From: Mobula hypostoma
Taxonomy: Eukaryota
Length of the DNA stretch: 64,000 nucleotides
Assembly: GCF_963921235.1 (NCBI RefSeq)
Contig: NC_086108.1
Location: 72,480,001-72,544,000, forward strand
Reading direction: 5' to 3'
Of the stretch, positions 35,716 through 47,679 are shown in pieces. Position 1 is the first letter of the stretch; every line of letters begins with the position of its first letter. A program made the translations under genes and the position numbers. The notes beneath the pieces are model-generated. The model was not told the origin of the DNA. It was given only the letters and a program-made list of their open reading frames with translations, and made no database searches.

Positions 35716-38614
35716 ATAAACAAGCAAGGAGAAGTAAATTCTGTTAGTTTTACAGTTAATCAAATTGTAGGAACAGTCACTTTTATTTGTGTGATGTAGG
35801 CAAACAAGGTTTATTGAGCAGCAAACCTGAATTTTAGAAAGTACCGACTAAAAATTGAGCCCCAAAAGACTGCAGATACTGGAATCTGGAACCACACACA
35901 ATCTGGTGGGCAAATTCATTTCAAGCAGCATACTTGGGATTAAAAAAGATTTGTTTCAGGTCAAAGTGGTTTTAACCTGAAAGATCGATATTTCCTTTCT
36001 TTCCACAGATGCTGTTAATTTCCTAAACCAGGTTGTGTTAACTAATGAATGGTCCTTTACATCATTACATTCAGAGCAGACTCCCTCTACCAAGAGCAAT
36101 ATTCCAGTCCACTTCCACACCCATGGCCTTGACACCATTCAACAGCAGGGATAACAAGTGCGTGAGACTATTCCTCTCCAAATAATACACCAAGTTAACA
36201 ATTCGTGGCAATATATTGCTGTTCCTTTTCTTGCTATTGGGTCAAAACCATATAATTTTCTATTTGACGCCACTATCAACAGAAGGACTGTGGTAAATCA
36301 AAGGGCATTTCAGCTTAAGCTTCTGAAAGTGGCATAGTGTTGGGCATTACATGTTTTCCTTGCCGGTGATGCCACATCCCATATATGAATAAAGAAATAC
36401 AAAGGCAAAAGGGGCAACAGCTGCTGGAGTCAATATAGAAAAGAAAGTTCTGGAAGAGCTCAACGGGTCAAACAGCGTTTTTGAATGTGATTTTGGGTTG
36501 AGAAACTGCAAGAAAACAAAGCTCTAAAATCGTCACTTTTGAGAAGATGTGTCAAACATAATTGATTTGGTTGTGTTGAGTGACTACATCCAAAATTCTT
36601 GTAGAAAATGCTAAAACATATTTTAGTGTTTAAGGGAAGCAGCCCAAATGTGTTGGCTTTTGATGGACATTTCCAGCACCATTTAGATAAAACAATTTTA
36701 GCTGACTTTTTTGAAGATCCACAAAGCTTCTGCAAATTTATGTATTTTGTCATATACCAGTGATGCTTATGCTGTTACCATATTAAATTCGGGTGGTCTT
36801 CTGCAATTACAATTAATTTATTTGCATGATAGCTTATAATTGGATTGTAACTGGAAAGTGCTGCTTGCTTAATTTGGTTAATTTGAATTCATGTTGTCTA
36901 ATCATAATTCTTACTAGGATATAGGCTGCTGCATAAAGAAATATCTGCATCATTACAATATTAATTGGCCAGTGTATTCATTAATTATTTTAATCATGAA
37001 TAAAAATGTCACTTTTTTCTAATCTATGCAGGCATGTTATATTAATGCAAATGGAGCTATTTATCAGTTTGAATCCATATTCAAGATCTGGCTTCAGGTT
37101 GGAAGATGGAATGAAAGTTCCCTCTGTGCTGCCTGTAAATGCAGAATGTATTTTGGTTGATTCAGTCCACTGCTGAGTAGGCTGTGGATGGATTCACAGC
37201 AAAAAAACAATCCCTTAAATGTTTAATGGCTGTGACAAAAGAATTTGACTGGCTCAGTAAGGGATACAGGAAAAAACTGATCATTGGTAGAGGGTGAGGG
37301 AGGAGAAAAGTGATGTTTATCTTCATCTCCTCCAGATGTTTCTTTGGCATGGAGTACTTTGTTCTTCCTGCTGCTTTGACCATTTTATATGGGCTTCTTT
37401 CTCTAGATTTAAGATTGCTGTTAGACAGTTATTGCCTTGTCTTCTGTCTAGCCTGGGGGATCTCAGTGTTTATTAAATGTATTCTATTATCAGTTCCTTC
37501 TACCATCCCTGACACTAGTCACCTTGCTGCATACATACTTCATGCTCAGAATGTTCAATGCAAGACAATATTGCATATCCCTGCCATAAAATTTCATGGA
37601 CAAGGTTTAAACAAAAACCCTCAAGGCCTTTATTATTAACAACAAATTATTTGAGGCTGTGACAACCATCTAATTACAATAATAAATGAAACTTTGTATT
37701 TTGTGCCATTGAGAGCGGACCCTGTAGTAAATTAAGAAATACTTTGACCGCTATTCTAGCAATTGAGAATCTAGCTTTTGAAGTAGTGATGTTCAAGTCC
37801 TTTAAGTGATACTTTCCTTACTCCTCCACCATGTGTGCTACTGAAGCCCTTGCAAATGGCAGTAGTTTAAAGTCACTGTCCAAATGCTAGGTTTAGCATT
37901 TGGCACATTATTAACACAGCAGTAACCCTGAAAGTTGTTGAATGAAGCCCCCTGGCTGTCAAATGCTATTTTATGTCCTCAAAATAATTCTTTACAGTTT
38001 AATTTCCTTTTTAAAAGTAAAGTTTCATCAATTGCATACTTGTGTTCTAGTCTTCATTCCACATTTTGTAAAAGCAATCAATATGAATGATTACACTAGT
38101 TTACATCCTGCGAGAATTGATTGATCAACGTATCATCACTGCCAGGGACACCCACATTTCCAGGAAGTGGAAATACATGCTGTTAAAGTGATTGGTTGAC
38201 TACTTTTGCAGCCACTAGCAAGGATTATTACCTCAAAGCTGATTTCAAAATCATGTCTTGTTTCAAGTTCAAATTGAGAGTCTCTTCAGTTAATTTGTTC
38301 AAAGGTAGGAGACACCAGTGTTGAATTGGTTTTTTTGTCTAACAATAGCTTGGACATTGACTCTGATGATCAGAATAGTTCAGTCAGAGCTGGCATCACA
38401 CAACAGGTATGTACTGAACTCTAGAGAATAGAGAAGGGTTGAAGAGAGGACACTTGGCCGAGTCTCTGTGTACTGAACATGCTTATGGACCTTAAAGTAT
38501 CTCTTCAATTTATGATTCACACATTGGGATTAAAACTAATAAAGCATAGGACAGATTTGAAGTGAGAAATTGGGGTTAAGTGTGTGAGATAACTTCAGTA
38601 CCATGGAGCTGTTA

Positions 38615-38694
38615 GAGGTCCCATTGTTTTTAAAAGCCATGGACCCCCTCAGTTAATGGTAAGGGTTCATGGCATAAAAGAGGTGGGAACCCCT
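38615..38694. mobile_element. hAT-type MITE (same family as 22104)
   Basis: 'ccatggaccccctcagttaatggtaagggttcatggcataaaagaggtgggaacccctg' followed by ctctagta, a Charlie-like target. Confidence 0.65.
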
Positions 38695-38951
38695 GCTCTA
38701 GTAACATACTATGGTTTACTTTGTACATGGTACTGAAGGAAATTATAAAATTGTGAAGGATTTTTACCAGAATTTCCCATCCCATTGTCATAAATAACTT
38801 GTTGAAACAGCTTCTTTACTTCTGACATATTTGCGACAGCAGAACAGACCTGCTCTGAAGAAGTCTCTACCTTTTGGCTGGTTTAGTGTTGTGTGTCATA
38901 TCTGTTCACTGTGTGATGCTACTTAACTAAGCAAAAAAAAATAGGTCAAAC

Positions 38952-39008
38952 TTGTGTATATAATATTTCAATAATACTTGAGTAATCTTGTACGTGTGTT
39001 TATATATG
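38952..39008 (+). mobile_element. 5' fragment of a Gypsy-like LTR, homologous to the LTR at 43868
   Basis: ttgtgtatataatatttcaataatacttgagtaatctt aligns ungapped to ttgtgtactttatgtttcaacaatatttgtgtcatctt (8 mismatches in 38 nt by hand count). Confidence 0.6.
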
Positions 39009-39605
39009 TGTAACACTTGGCTTGATCAACTCACGTTCGTCTAAGGGAAGCTGCCGTCTGCCCGCCAAACTGTGTCTCACGTTTGCGTAGATGCTGTGTA
39101 ATGCACCCTGGTACAAACCCACAATGTAAAACATCAGACAATACACAATATGCGATTAAATGATTACACTTTATAACTCTTATTTGGTGATGTGGTTAGT
39201 AGAAAAGCAAGATAGTAAAGAACAAGGCGCCACTGTAGTTAATTTTAATTAGTCTGTGCACAAGTAAATTCATTGGAGCTCACGGAACCAGGTCTCCTTT
39301 CCACCAATCAATCTTCTCTGAACTTGGTTGACCCTCGGCTGGGACCACCCCTGGTGGCCTACCAGAGCGCTCGGAGTGCGTCCTCCCTCTTCTCCTCGAC
39401 GAAAAGCCCGTGCACTAACTCCGGTTCCCACAGCTACAAGATAGAATAACATGACTTCCATTGGTTAGTTCCCCGTTATCTGTAGTTATAACCCAAACAT
39501 CGCAGCTACAAGAAACATTACCTCATCAGTTAACATTACAGAGAAGCCATTTCATTATAACACTACAGAGAAGCCATTGTATTATTAGCAGTTAACATTA
39601 CTGAG
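39009..39605 (-). mobile_element. Solo-LTR-like element of a second family
   Basis: Minus strand ends ...GTGTTACA; CCAAT box and short tandem 'aacattacagagaagccatt' units at the other end; CpG-rich relative to flanks. Confidence 0.6.
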
Positions 39606-39609
39606 AACC

Positions 39610-40028
39610 CCCCCCCCCCACATATGTATGTGGTAACAAATTCCACAAATTCACCACCCTCTGGCTAAAGACATTTCTCTGCATCTCTGTTTTAAATAGA
39701 CACCCCTCTATCCTGAGGCTGTGCCCTCTTGTCCTCGACTCTCCCACCATGGGAAACATCCTTTCCACATCTACTCTATCTAGGCCTTTCAATGTTCAAA
39801 AGGTTTCAATGAAATTCCTCCCTTATCCTTCTAAATTCCAGCGAGTACAGACCCAGAGCCATCAAACATTCCTCATATGATAACCCTTTAATTCCTGGAA
39901 TCATTCTTGTGAACCTTCTCTGAACCCTCTCCAATGCCTGCACATCTTTTCTTCTAAGGAGCCCAAAATTGTTCACAATACTCAAGGTGAGGTCTCACCA
40001 GTGCTTTATAAAGCCTCAGCATCACATC
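39610..40028 (-). mobile_element. CR1 internal/3' fragment
   Basis: MKGLDRVDVERMFPMVGESRTRGHSLRIEG. Confidence 0.88.
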
Positions 40029-40107
40029 TATCTATATATAATATATATATAATTATTATTATAAATAATATATAATAAATGTGTGTATGTAGATATATAT
40101 ATATATA
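40029..40107. repeat. TA/TAA-rich degenerate microsatellite
   Basis: tatatataatatatatataattattattataaataatatatataataaat...atatatatatatata. Confidence 0.85.
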
Positions 40108-41344
40108 AAATCAATTTTTCTCACCCCTTATGGGTGGAGTGTATGTGTATTTTTCCCTCAATCTCAGGTCCTCCATCAGAGGCCTGGGAGCTTGTGGATT
40201 CAGCACAGTATCCTTGCTGTTCCTAGTAGTGCACTCTTCTGGACCGAGATCCTGGATGTTGTTCCCAGGATTTGTTGGAGCCACTCACCCAGTCCAGGTG
40301 TCACAGCTCCAAGTGCTCCTATCACCACTGGGGTTACTCTGGCTTTAACCTTCCACATCCTTTCTATCTGCTCTTTCAAGCCCTGGTATTTCTCCAGCTT
40401 CTCATATTCTTCCTTCCTGATGTTACTGTCATTCAGGATTGCCACATCTATTACTATTGCTTTCTTCTGTTCCTTGTCCAGTATTACTATGTCAGGTTGC
40501 TTATCAGCCGGTATTTAGAAGTCCCACAGGATCTTAGCTCTGTCATTATCCACTACCTACTCGGGAGTTTTCCCATTTGGACTTGGGAGTGTCCAGTCCA
40601 TACTCAGCCCAAATGTTCCTGTGCACAAATCCTGAAACTTGGTTATGCCGTTCAGTGTGTGCTGTCCCTCCCTGCACTTTACACCCTGCTACTATGTGCA
40701 GGATGGTTTCAGCGGATTCCTTACACAGTCTGCATCTTGGGTCTTGTCTGGTGTGATCGACCCCTGCTTCTTTGGCTCTTGTGCTCAGCACCTGTTCTTG
40801 TGCAGCCATGAGCAGTGCCCCTGTGCTGTACCTCAGCCCTGCCATTTCCAGCAATTGGTAGGACTTTCTTACATCAGCCACCTCAGATATCTGGTGATGG
40901 TACATCCCGTGCAGTGGCTTATCCTGCCGTAGCCTCTGGTCCTCTGGCTCTGCTTCACCCACTTCCATTTCCATATCCCCTGCCTGCTGTCTGAGGTATT
41001 CTCCTAGCAGGTCATCCTTAGGGGCAATCTTCCTGACATGCTCATGGATGTTTTGCATTTCTTCCAGGACTGTGGCCTTGACACTTCCAAGTCCCCATCC
41101 TCCTATATTCTGGCTGGTGTCAGTTGTTCGGAAGAAATCCTCCATGTATTGTTAGTAATTTCCGGTTCTTGATGTCAGCAGCTTCCAATTTGTTCCTTGG
41201 CCAGCACACTATTGTGGCTGGGTACCTGATGACTGGTAGGGTGAATGTGTTGATGGCTCTGATTTTATTCTTCCCATTCAGCCGACCTTTTAGGTCCTGT
41301 CACACACTTTGGAGGTATTTGGATGTTGCAGCCTTCCTTGTGTC
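40108..41344 (-). mobile_element. R4-clade (Rex6/Dong-like) non-LTR retrotransposon, 5'-truncated
   Basis: CCHC knuckle CRLCKESAETILHIVAGC; RHNQV; restriction-like endonuclease KILWDF..QPDIVILDK..VIDVAI..EKLEKY..PVVIGALG; 3' end abuts the TA repeat. Confidence 0.9.
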
Positions 41345-41940
41345 TGACTGCAGTGGTTTTTGTAAGCAGCATATCTGTGAAAGATTCTGATATGTTCATC
41401 GGGTAGTTACTTGCAAAATGTGGCTTGGCTATAAGCCAGAAAAATTCAGGGCTTCAGTAAAGTTGCAAGCATTAGGATTTTGTGAATATAAACAACCAGA
41501 GCTCTGGTATAAAGAACTCTGCATGCACTAAAGTTCTTGCATGAACTTCAAGTGGGAGACAAAAAGCTGCTTGTCGAAGTAAATGCTAAGTCCAAAGCCC
41601 AGCAGGATGAATGGAAGGCCAAAAGGAATGGAGTCAATGGAGATATGAAAACAGAGGATTTGTCAGATGATGTTGCAGATGCAGAAACCAAGAGGAGAGA
41701 TCAGATTGTGAAGGAAACAATGGAAGGATTAATAAGACTACTCCAGTGAACTAAATGCAACTTCCTGAGATCAAGGTGCACAAACTAGAAAGAAGAAATA
41801 GGAGGGGGAAGATGGAGAAAAAGAATGTGAACTAGAAAGAAAAACTGTGAAAGAGAGAAGGAATGTGCAAAAGAAAAAGAAAGGCATGGAAGTAGGTGCA
41901 GAGAGAGAAAAGGAAAAGAAAGGTGACCAGAGGTGGAAGA
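41345..41940 (+). pseudogene. RBM25: Processed (intronless) RBM25 pseudogene fragment: RRM through RE/RD-rich region, with stops, frameshifts and internal deletions
   Basis: VFVSSISVKDSDMFIG*LLAKCGL / KLQALGFCEYKQPE / LHELQVGDKKLLVEVNAKSKAQQDEWKAK / ETKRRDQIVK / YSSELNA / EREKEKKGD match RBM25 as I recall it: VFVGNISEKASDMLIRQLLAKCGL, KLQAFGFCEYKEPE, LHDLQIGEKKLLVKVDAKTKAQLDEWKAK, ETKRRDQMIK, YSSELNA, EREKDKKRD. Confidence 0.92.
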
Positions 41941-41944
41941 ACTA

Positions 41945-42125
41945 AGAGTTAACTTCTACAACTACCACAGAGGAGGCCCCAGAACATGAGATTGTTTCAT
42001 CGCCACAAGTCTCACCTGCCAGGCAGAGTAACCCGTCCCCCCGTCAGGAAAGATGTTACCAACAAGAATAAGAAATCCTCCGCAGCAGTTAAATCTTTAG
42101 GCCTGAACAGGACAATTTAAATTTA
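41945..42125 (+). mobile_element. Gypsy-like LTR retrotransposon pol C-terminal tail and start of 3'UTR
   Basis: TTTTEEAPEHEIVSSPQVSPA...ERCY(P)TRIRNPPQQLNL* (stop 42098-42100), an RRYPxRxRxPP-type tail seen after Gypsy integrases. Confidence 0.75.
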
Positions 42126-43765
42126 CCATGGTGAGGACAATATGAGTGAGGTTGATGTTCTGGAGCATGTTGATATTAAGGGAGAGGAGGTGTTGGAGTT
42201 GTTAAAATACATTAGGACGGTTAAGTCCCCGGGGCCTGACGGAATATTCCCCAGGCTGCTCCACGAGGTGAGGGAAGAGATTGCTGAGCCTCTGGCTAGG
42301 ATCTTTATGTCCTCATTGTCCACGGGAATGGTACCGGAGGATTGGAGGGAGGCGAATGTTGTCCCCTTGTTCAAAAAAGGTAGTAGGGATAGTCTGGGTA
42401 ATTATAGACCAGTGAGCCTTACGTCTGTGGTGGGAAAGCTGTTGGAATAGATTCTTAGAGATAGGATCTATGGGCATTCAGAGAATTATGGTCTGATCAG
42501 TGACAGTCAGCATGGCTTTGTGAAGGGCAGATCGTGTTTAACAAGCCTGATAGAAAGAGGTGACCTTTGAGGAGGTGACCAGGCATATAGATGAGGGTAG
42601 TGCAGTGGATGTGATCTATATGGATTTTAGTAAGGCATTTGACAAGGTTCCACACGGTAGGCTTATTTAGAAGGCATGGGATCCAGGGAAGTTTGGCCAG
42701 GTGGATTCAGAATTGGCTTGCCTGCAGAAGGCAGAGGGTGGTGGTGGAGGGAGTACATTCAGATTGGAGGATTGTGACTAGTGGTGTCCCACAAGGATCT
42801 GTTCTGGGACCTCTACTTTTCGTGATTTTTATTAACGACCTGGATGTGGGGGTAGAAGGGTGGATTGGCAAGTTTTCAGATGACACAAAGGTTGATAGTG
42901 TTGTAGATAGTGTACAGGATTGTCAAAGATTGCAGAGAGACATTGGTAGGATGCAGAAATGGGCTGAGAAGTGGCAGATGAAGTTCAACCTTGAGAAGTG
43001 TGAGGTGGTACACTTTGGAAGGACAAACTCCAAGGCAGAGTACGAAGTAAATGGCAGGATATTTGGTAGTGTGGAGGAACAGAGGGATCTGGCGGTACAT
43101 GTCCACAGATCCCTGAAAGTTGCCTCACAGGTAGATAGGGTAATTAAGAAAGCTTATGGGGTGTTAGCTTTCATAAGTCCAGGAATAGAGTTTAAGAGCT
43201 GCGATGTAATGATGCAGCTCTATAAAACTCTGGTTAGGCCACACTTGGAGTACTGTGTCCAGTTCTGGTCGCCTCACTATAGGAAGGATGTGGAAGCATT
43301 GGAAAAGGTACAGAGGAGATTTACCAGGATGCTGCCTGGTTTAGAGAGTATGCATTATGATCAGAGATTAAGGGAGCTAGGGCTTTACTCTTTGGAGAGA
43401 AGGAGGATGAGAGGAGACATGATAGAGGTGTACAAGATGATAAGAGGAATAGATAGAGTGGATAGCCAGCGCCTCTTCCCCAGGGCACCACTGCTCAATA
43501 CAAGAGGACATGGCTTTAAGGTAAGGGGTGGGAAGTTCAAGGGGGATATTAGAGGAAGGATTTTTACTCGAGAGAGTGGTTGGTGCGTGGAATACACTGC
43601 CTGAGTCAGTGGTGGAGGCAGATACACTAGTGAAGTTTAAGAGACTACTAGACAGGTATATGGAGGAATTTAAGGTGGGGGCTTATATGGGAGGCAGGGT
43701 TTGATGGTCGGCACAACATTGTGGGCCGAAGGGCTGTACCGTGCTGTACTATTCTATGTTCTATG
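42126..43765 (+). mobile_element. CR1 LINE, 5'-truncated, the best preserved LINE in the window
   Basis: KSPGPDGIFPRLL; 321-aa ORF with SGVPQGSVLGPLLFVIFINDL and KFSDDTK; ctattctatgttctatg tail; a few stops and indels. Confidence 0.96.
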
Positions 43766-44107
43766 CTGTGGGTGTCTGTTTATAGTACCTGTATTATATA
43801 GTATACAGTGTATATAGTTGTGATGCGTTTGCTATTGAGTTGGAGTTTATAGCTAAGTATGGAGGAGTGTTGTGTACTTTATGTTTCAACAATATTTGTG
43901 TCATCTTATGTGTGTAGCATTTCTATTCATTTAAATAATTAATTTTGGGTTATATGTAAAAATACGTTAATTGTATACGTTATCATGCTACCAGGTGATA
44001 CATTGGCAGCTTGCTTAAAGTAAAGACCAAGTTTCATCCGCAATCTCAGACTCTCTTGTCTTCATTTGAATTAATTTACAGTAATGTTTTGAAGTTACAA
44101 AATGTAG
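43766..44107 (+). mobile_element. Gypsy-like 3'UTR remainder, polypurine tract and 3' LTR
   Basis: Purine tract ggaggag (43861-43867) directly followed by TGTTGTGTA (LTR start 43868); inferred continuation of the tail cut at 42125; LTR 3' terminus degraded. Confidence 0.7.
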
Positions 44108-44121
44108 AACTATTTTCAGAA

Positions 44122-44307
44122 CAAACAAGAGAAAATCTGCAGATGCTGGGAATCCAAGCAACACACACAAAATGCTGGAGGAACTCAGCAGGCCAGGCAG
44201 CATCTAAGGCAAAAAGTACAATTGAAGTCTCGGCTCCAAATGTCAAGTGTACTGTTTTCCATAGATGCTGCCTGGCCTGCTGAATTCCTCCGGCATTTTG
44301 TGTGTGT
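44122..44307. mobile_element. 186-bp PLE-derived fold-back insertion (two inverted terminal-repeat arms only)
   Basis: 14-bp TSD aactattttcagaa (44108-44121 / 44308-44321); arms acacacacaaaatgctggaggaactcagcaggccaggcagcatcta and tagatgctgcctggcctgctgaattcctccggcattttgtgtgtgt. Confidence 0.9.
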
Positions 44308-44784
44308 AACTATTTTCAGAATATCATTTATTGAAGTTTAAAACATTCAAAAAATCATTGGAATCTGGTACAGTAATCTAGCAAGATCACACCACTTGGT
44401 GTACTCAGTTCTTGGACATATATTTATACATACAAGCAGATACAAGCTGTCAACCCAACCCTTTATACATTTGAAGACAATCTATACTCTATGTTCAATA
44501 TTTCTACATGTACGCACAGCTCTCAGCTCAGCCTATTATAACTTTAATCAACTGCTTCCCTCCGTGATCTGTCAGTCCTTCCCATCTGCAAAGGTACATG
44601 TTGATATCTCTGAAGAGCCCAGTGATTTTTTTTTCTCAGCTTTAGTAGGCTGTGTAACGTTCATTATTGTTGTGACTCCAACCCATGCCTTGTTCAACAA
44701 TGGCTGCATCATAGAAACCATCCAAAATTTAAATAGGTGCTTGATCTGAACATCCTGTACTTGATCATCATCTTCTCAAAGTAG

Positions 44785-45430
44785 TTCAAAGTTCAAAGTA
44801 ACATTTATTATCAGAGTACATACATGTCACTACACACAACCCTGAGATTCTCTTTCTGTGGGCATTCTTGGCAACTCTATAGAAGAGTAACTGTAAACAT
44901 CAGGAGCTGTAAACAAACTGTGCAAATGCAGATAATAAATAAATAGCAATAATTACAAGCATGAAATAACAAGGTAAGAGTTCTTAAATGAGGTAGTTAA
45001 CCCCTTTTGTTCAAGAGTCTGATGGTTGAGGGGTAGTAACTGTTCCTGAACCTGGTGGAACGAGTCCTGGGGCATTTGTACCTTCTACCTGATGGCAGCA
45101 GTGAGAAAAGAGCATGGCCTGGGTGGTGAGGATCTTTGCTAATAAATGTTGCTTTTCGATGACAACGTTTCATGTGGATGTGCTCAATACTTGGGAGGAT
45201 TTTACCTGTGATGTACTGGACTGAATCCACTACCTTTCGTAGGATTTTCTGCTCAAAGGCTTTGATGTCCCCATACCAGGCCATAATGTCAACACACTTC
45301 CACAGAAGTTTACCAAGGTTTTTGATGACATGCCAAATCTACGCAGATGCCTGAGGAAGTAGAGGTGTTGTTGTTCTTTCTTCACAATTATGTTTATTTG
45401 ATAGATCCAGGACTGGTCCTCTGAGATAGA
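44785..45430 (-). mobile_element. Rex1/Babar 3' fragment
   Basis: HPGHALFSLLPSGRRYKCPRTRSTRFRNSYYPSTIRLLN; ttcaaagttcaaagt tail. Confidence 0.9.
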
Positions 45431-46419
45431 GGTCTTGGGTATCACACAAATGTATTAATTGATGTAAAGAGCACTTTAGAATCACTTTGTCATATTGCAC
45501 AGAAACAGGCCCCTCAGCCTGTCATGTTCATATTGACCATTGCATTTATCTGAACTAATCCCATTTACCTGAATTTGGTCCATTCCCTTGGTATTCATGT
45601 ACATGTCTCAATGCTTCATTAACTGGTCATTTGTTACCCATTTCCGCCATATAGTTCCGACATCCAGTACTTCCACAATATCCCCATGGTTCCATTTTGA
45701 CAATCCATTGTGACCTGATGAACGGAGATCTTTTACAATGTCTCCCTGTGCTGAAACCATAAAACAATGACGGACATTCAAAGCTGCTTCGCTGGTGTCC
45801 TGAGACAGGGGCGTGGCATAACTAGCTGTTAAAACCTCTTTAGCAATTGTGTGCACAGGAAATGCTGTGGCCCCACCACTTGGTGGATTTTGTGTATAGA
45901 AGGAATCACACTGTAGGGCCTGTCAGTCCATGGAGGGATCCATACAGAGAAGATTTAGAAGTTGTGGGGAGAGAAGTACCAAATTCAGTTGGCTTTTCAC
46001 TGCCTTGAAATTCTGGCCCATTTTTTTAATATACGTCGGAACAAACAGTCGTAGGAAGACTTGCTACAAAAGTGAACCAGAGATGCCAAGTATGAAACAG
46101 CAAGTTAAAGGTTCTGATGCTGTCGTAATCAAATCCTGGCTGCTGGGAGCAAATGTTTGTCTCTGGCACTAAACAGTCAAATGCTATTGACAGAGAAATG
46201 GCACCAGGCAGACTGCTCAATCTCTTCATGAAGTATTTGGCTAAGAAGGAAAGAGCTTTAAAGTACAGGATTTAGTCTTTCAGCTGGAATTTAGCAGTAG
46301 AAAAACAACTGATTAGATTCTGGATGTCAGATTGAACTCAATGTATTCTTCCTTTGCCATATAAAACAGGAATAGTTGTGAAAGTACTGCCTTTAATTTC
46401 TGCTTTGTACACAAAATAC

Positions 46420-46976
46420 CAAGGCCCTCTGATGGTTGGGGTTGACCATGAATGTGGTATTCCAACGATCCATGTGATATGCAAGCCAGGGCAGTACTGT
46501 ATGGAGAGCAAGTTGTTGCCCATGTTACAGGCTCACCCTCTCCTGATGAATCGAAAGGAACGGCAGAGACCGGTACAGTTTGGCACTAGTGGTATTGCAG
46601 GAGTTTCCAGTCAGCATTGAACTCTATGTAGGACTGCCTTAGTAACTCCACCTGCAGGTTCTTCCTTCGGGTTACTCCCGAAGCCTTCCGCATGGGTGGG
46701 TGTAGCCACAAGGCAGTGGAGGCTTGAGGTCGGAGTTCTCCTTCTAGATGAGCTGCCAACCATGACTGACGAGCCCCATCTGCCCGAAGCAACTGGTTTT
46801 AACTTGTCGGTAACCTGCTTTTTCCTCTTCTCCTGTCAGTAGAAAGGGTTCTACTGAGTAGCCAGGAGCTGGGCTTGATTGTCAGGGGCTATTTGAGATG
46901 CACTCCATTGTGAGCATTTAATAGGTAGTGGCTTATCCCAACTACCAACCCCTGCTATAACAACCTTAAGGAACCA
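46420..46976 (-). mobile_element. RTE-derived non-autonomous retroelement
   Basis: Minus strand has an RTE-5'UTR-like 'ggcagctcatctagaaggagaactc' (from memory) and shares a block (gtgccaaactgta...ggagagggtgagcctg...catgggcaac) with the SINE at 53630. Confidence 0.55.
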
Positions 46977-47679
46977 AAATATTAATCAAAGAGCAAGCTA
47001 AAATAACATTATGTTCTGAACATTTAAAAATATATAAAATACTTTACTGGAAAACATGGTTATTAAAACATGCTTGTTTCAGAGGCTATCTCTTTATGCA
47101 GCTCAGCATGAATTCTGCAGCTTTTCCATACATTTAATAACCCTGTGATGCAGCAATATCTCGACACCCAGTAAAAGTCCAGAATATGGATTATGTTCTC
47201 ATTAAAGTGTCAGTGCAATTTCCTCTGAGTAGAGAATATACAAATGGCTTTGTTTCTAAATTGAAACCACATGTTTGAAAACCTAGCAAAAAAAAGCCCC
47301 TGAATACTTTTTGGTTGACCTGAAATGCAAATTGTTTAGGTATGTCGTATTTTATATACGGTCTGCAGTAAACCGTCTTGCAGAATGCTGAGTTCAATCT
47401 CCCCATTGCCACAGTCCCTGTCCCCAACTACTAGCCAATAATTCTCTTTACTCTGCATTTCCCCATTATAAGGGGATTATATGTTGCAGCCTCTTTAAAA
47501 TTGCTATTCCTGGCAATTTACTGTGTACAAATTACCTCGCATTTATGTCATGCCACATCTTTGACTGCAATACAAGAAGCATTTTATTGGCTGTAAAGCA
47601 TTCTGGTTATGGTAGGGGTAATATAAACAAAAGTTGTCTCTTTTGTTGTACCTTGTTCCGTAGGGAGCACGTCAGAACA

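Noticed and set aside
41345..41940. Functional RBM25 exon(s)
   Set aside because: In-frame stops, frameshifts, altered RNP motifs and no splice sites
42639..43604. 321-aa ORF as a functional gene
   Set aside because: It is a fragment of a 5'-truncated CR1 ORF2 with upstream stops and a frameshifted end
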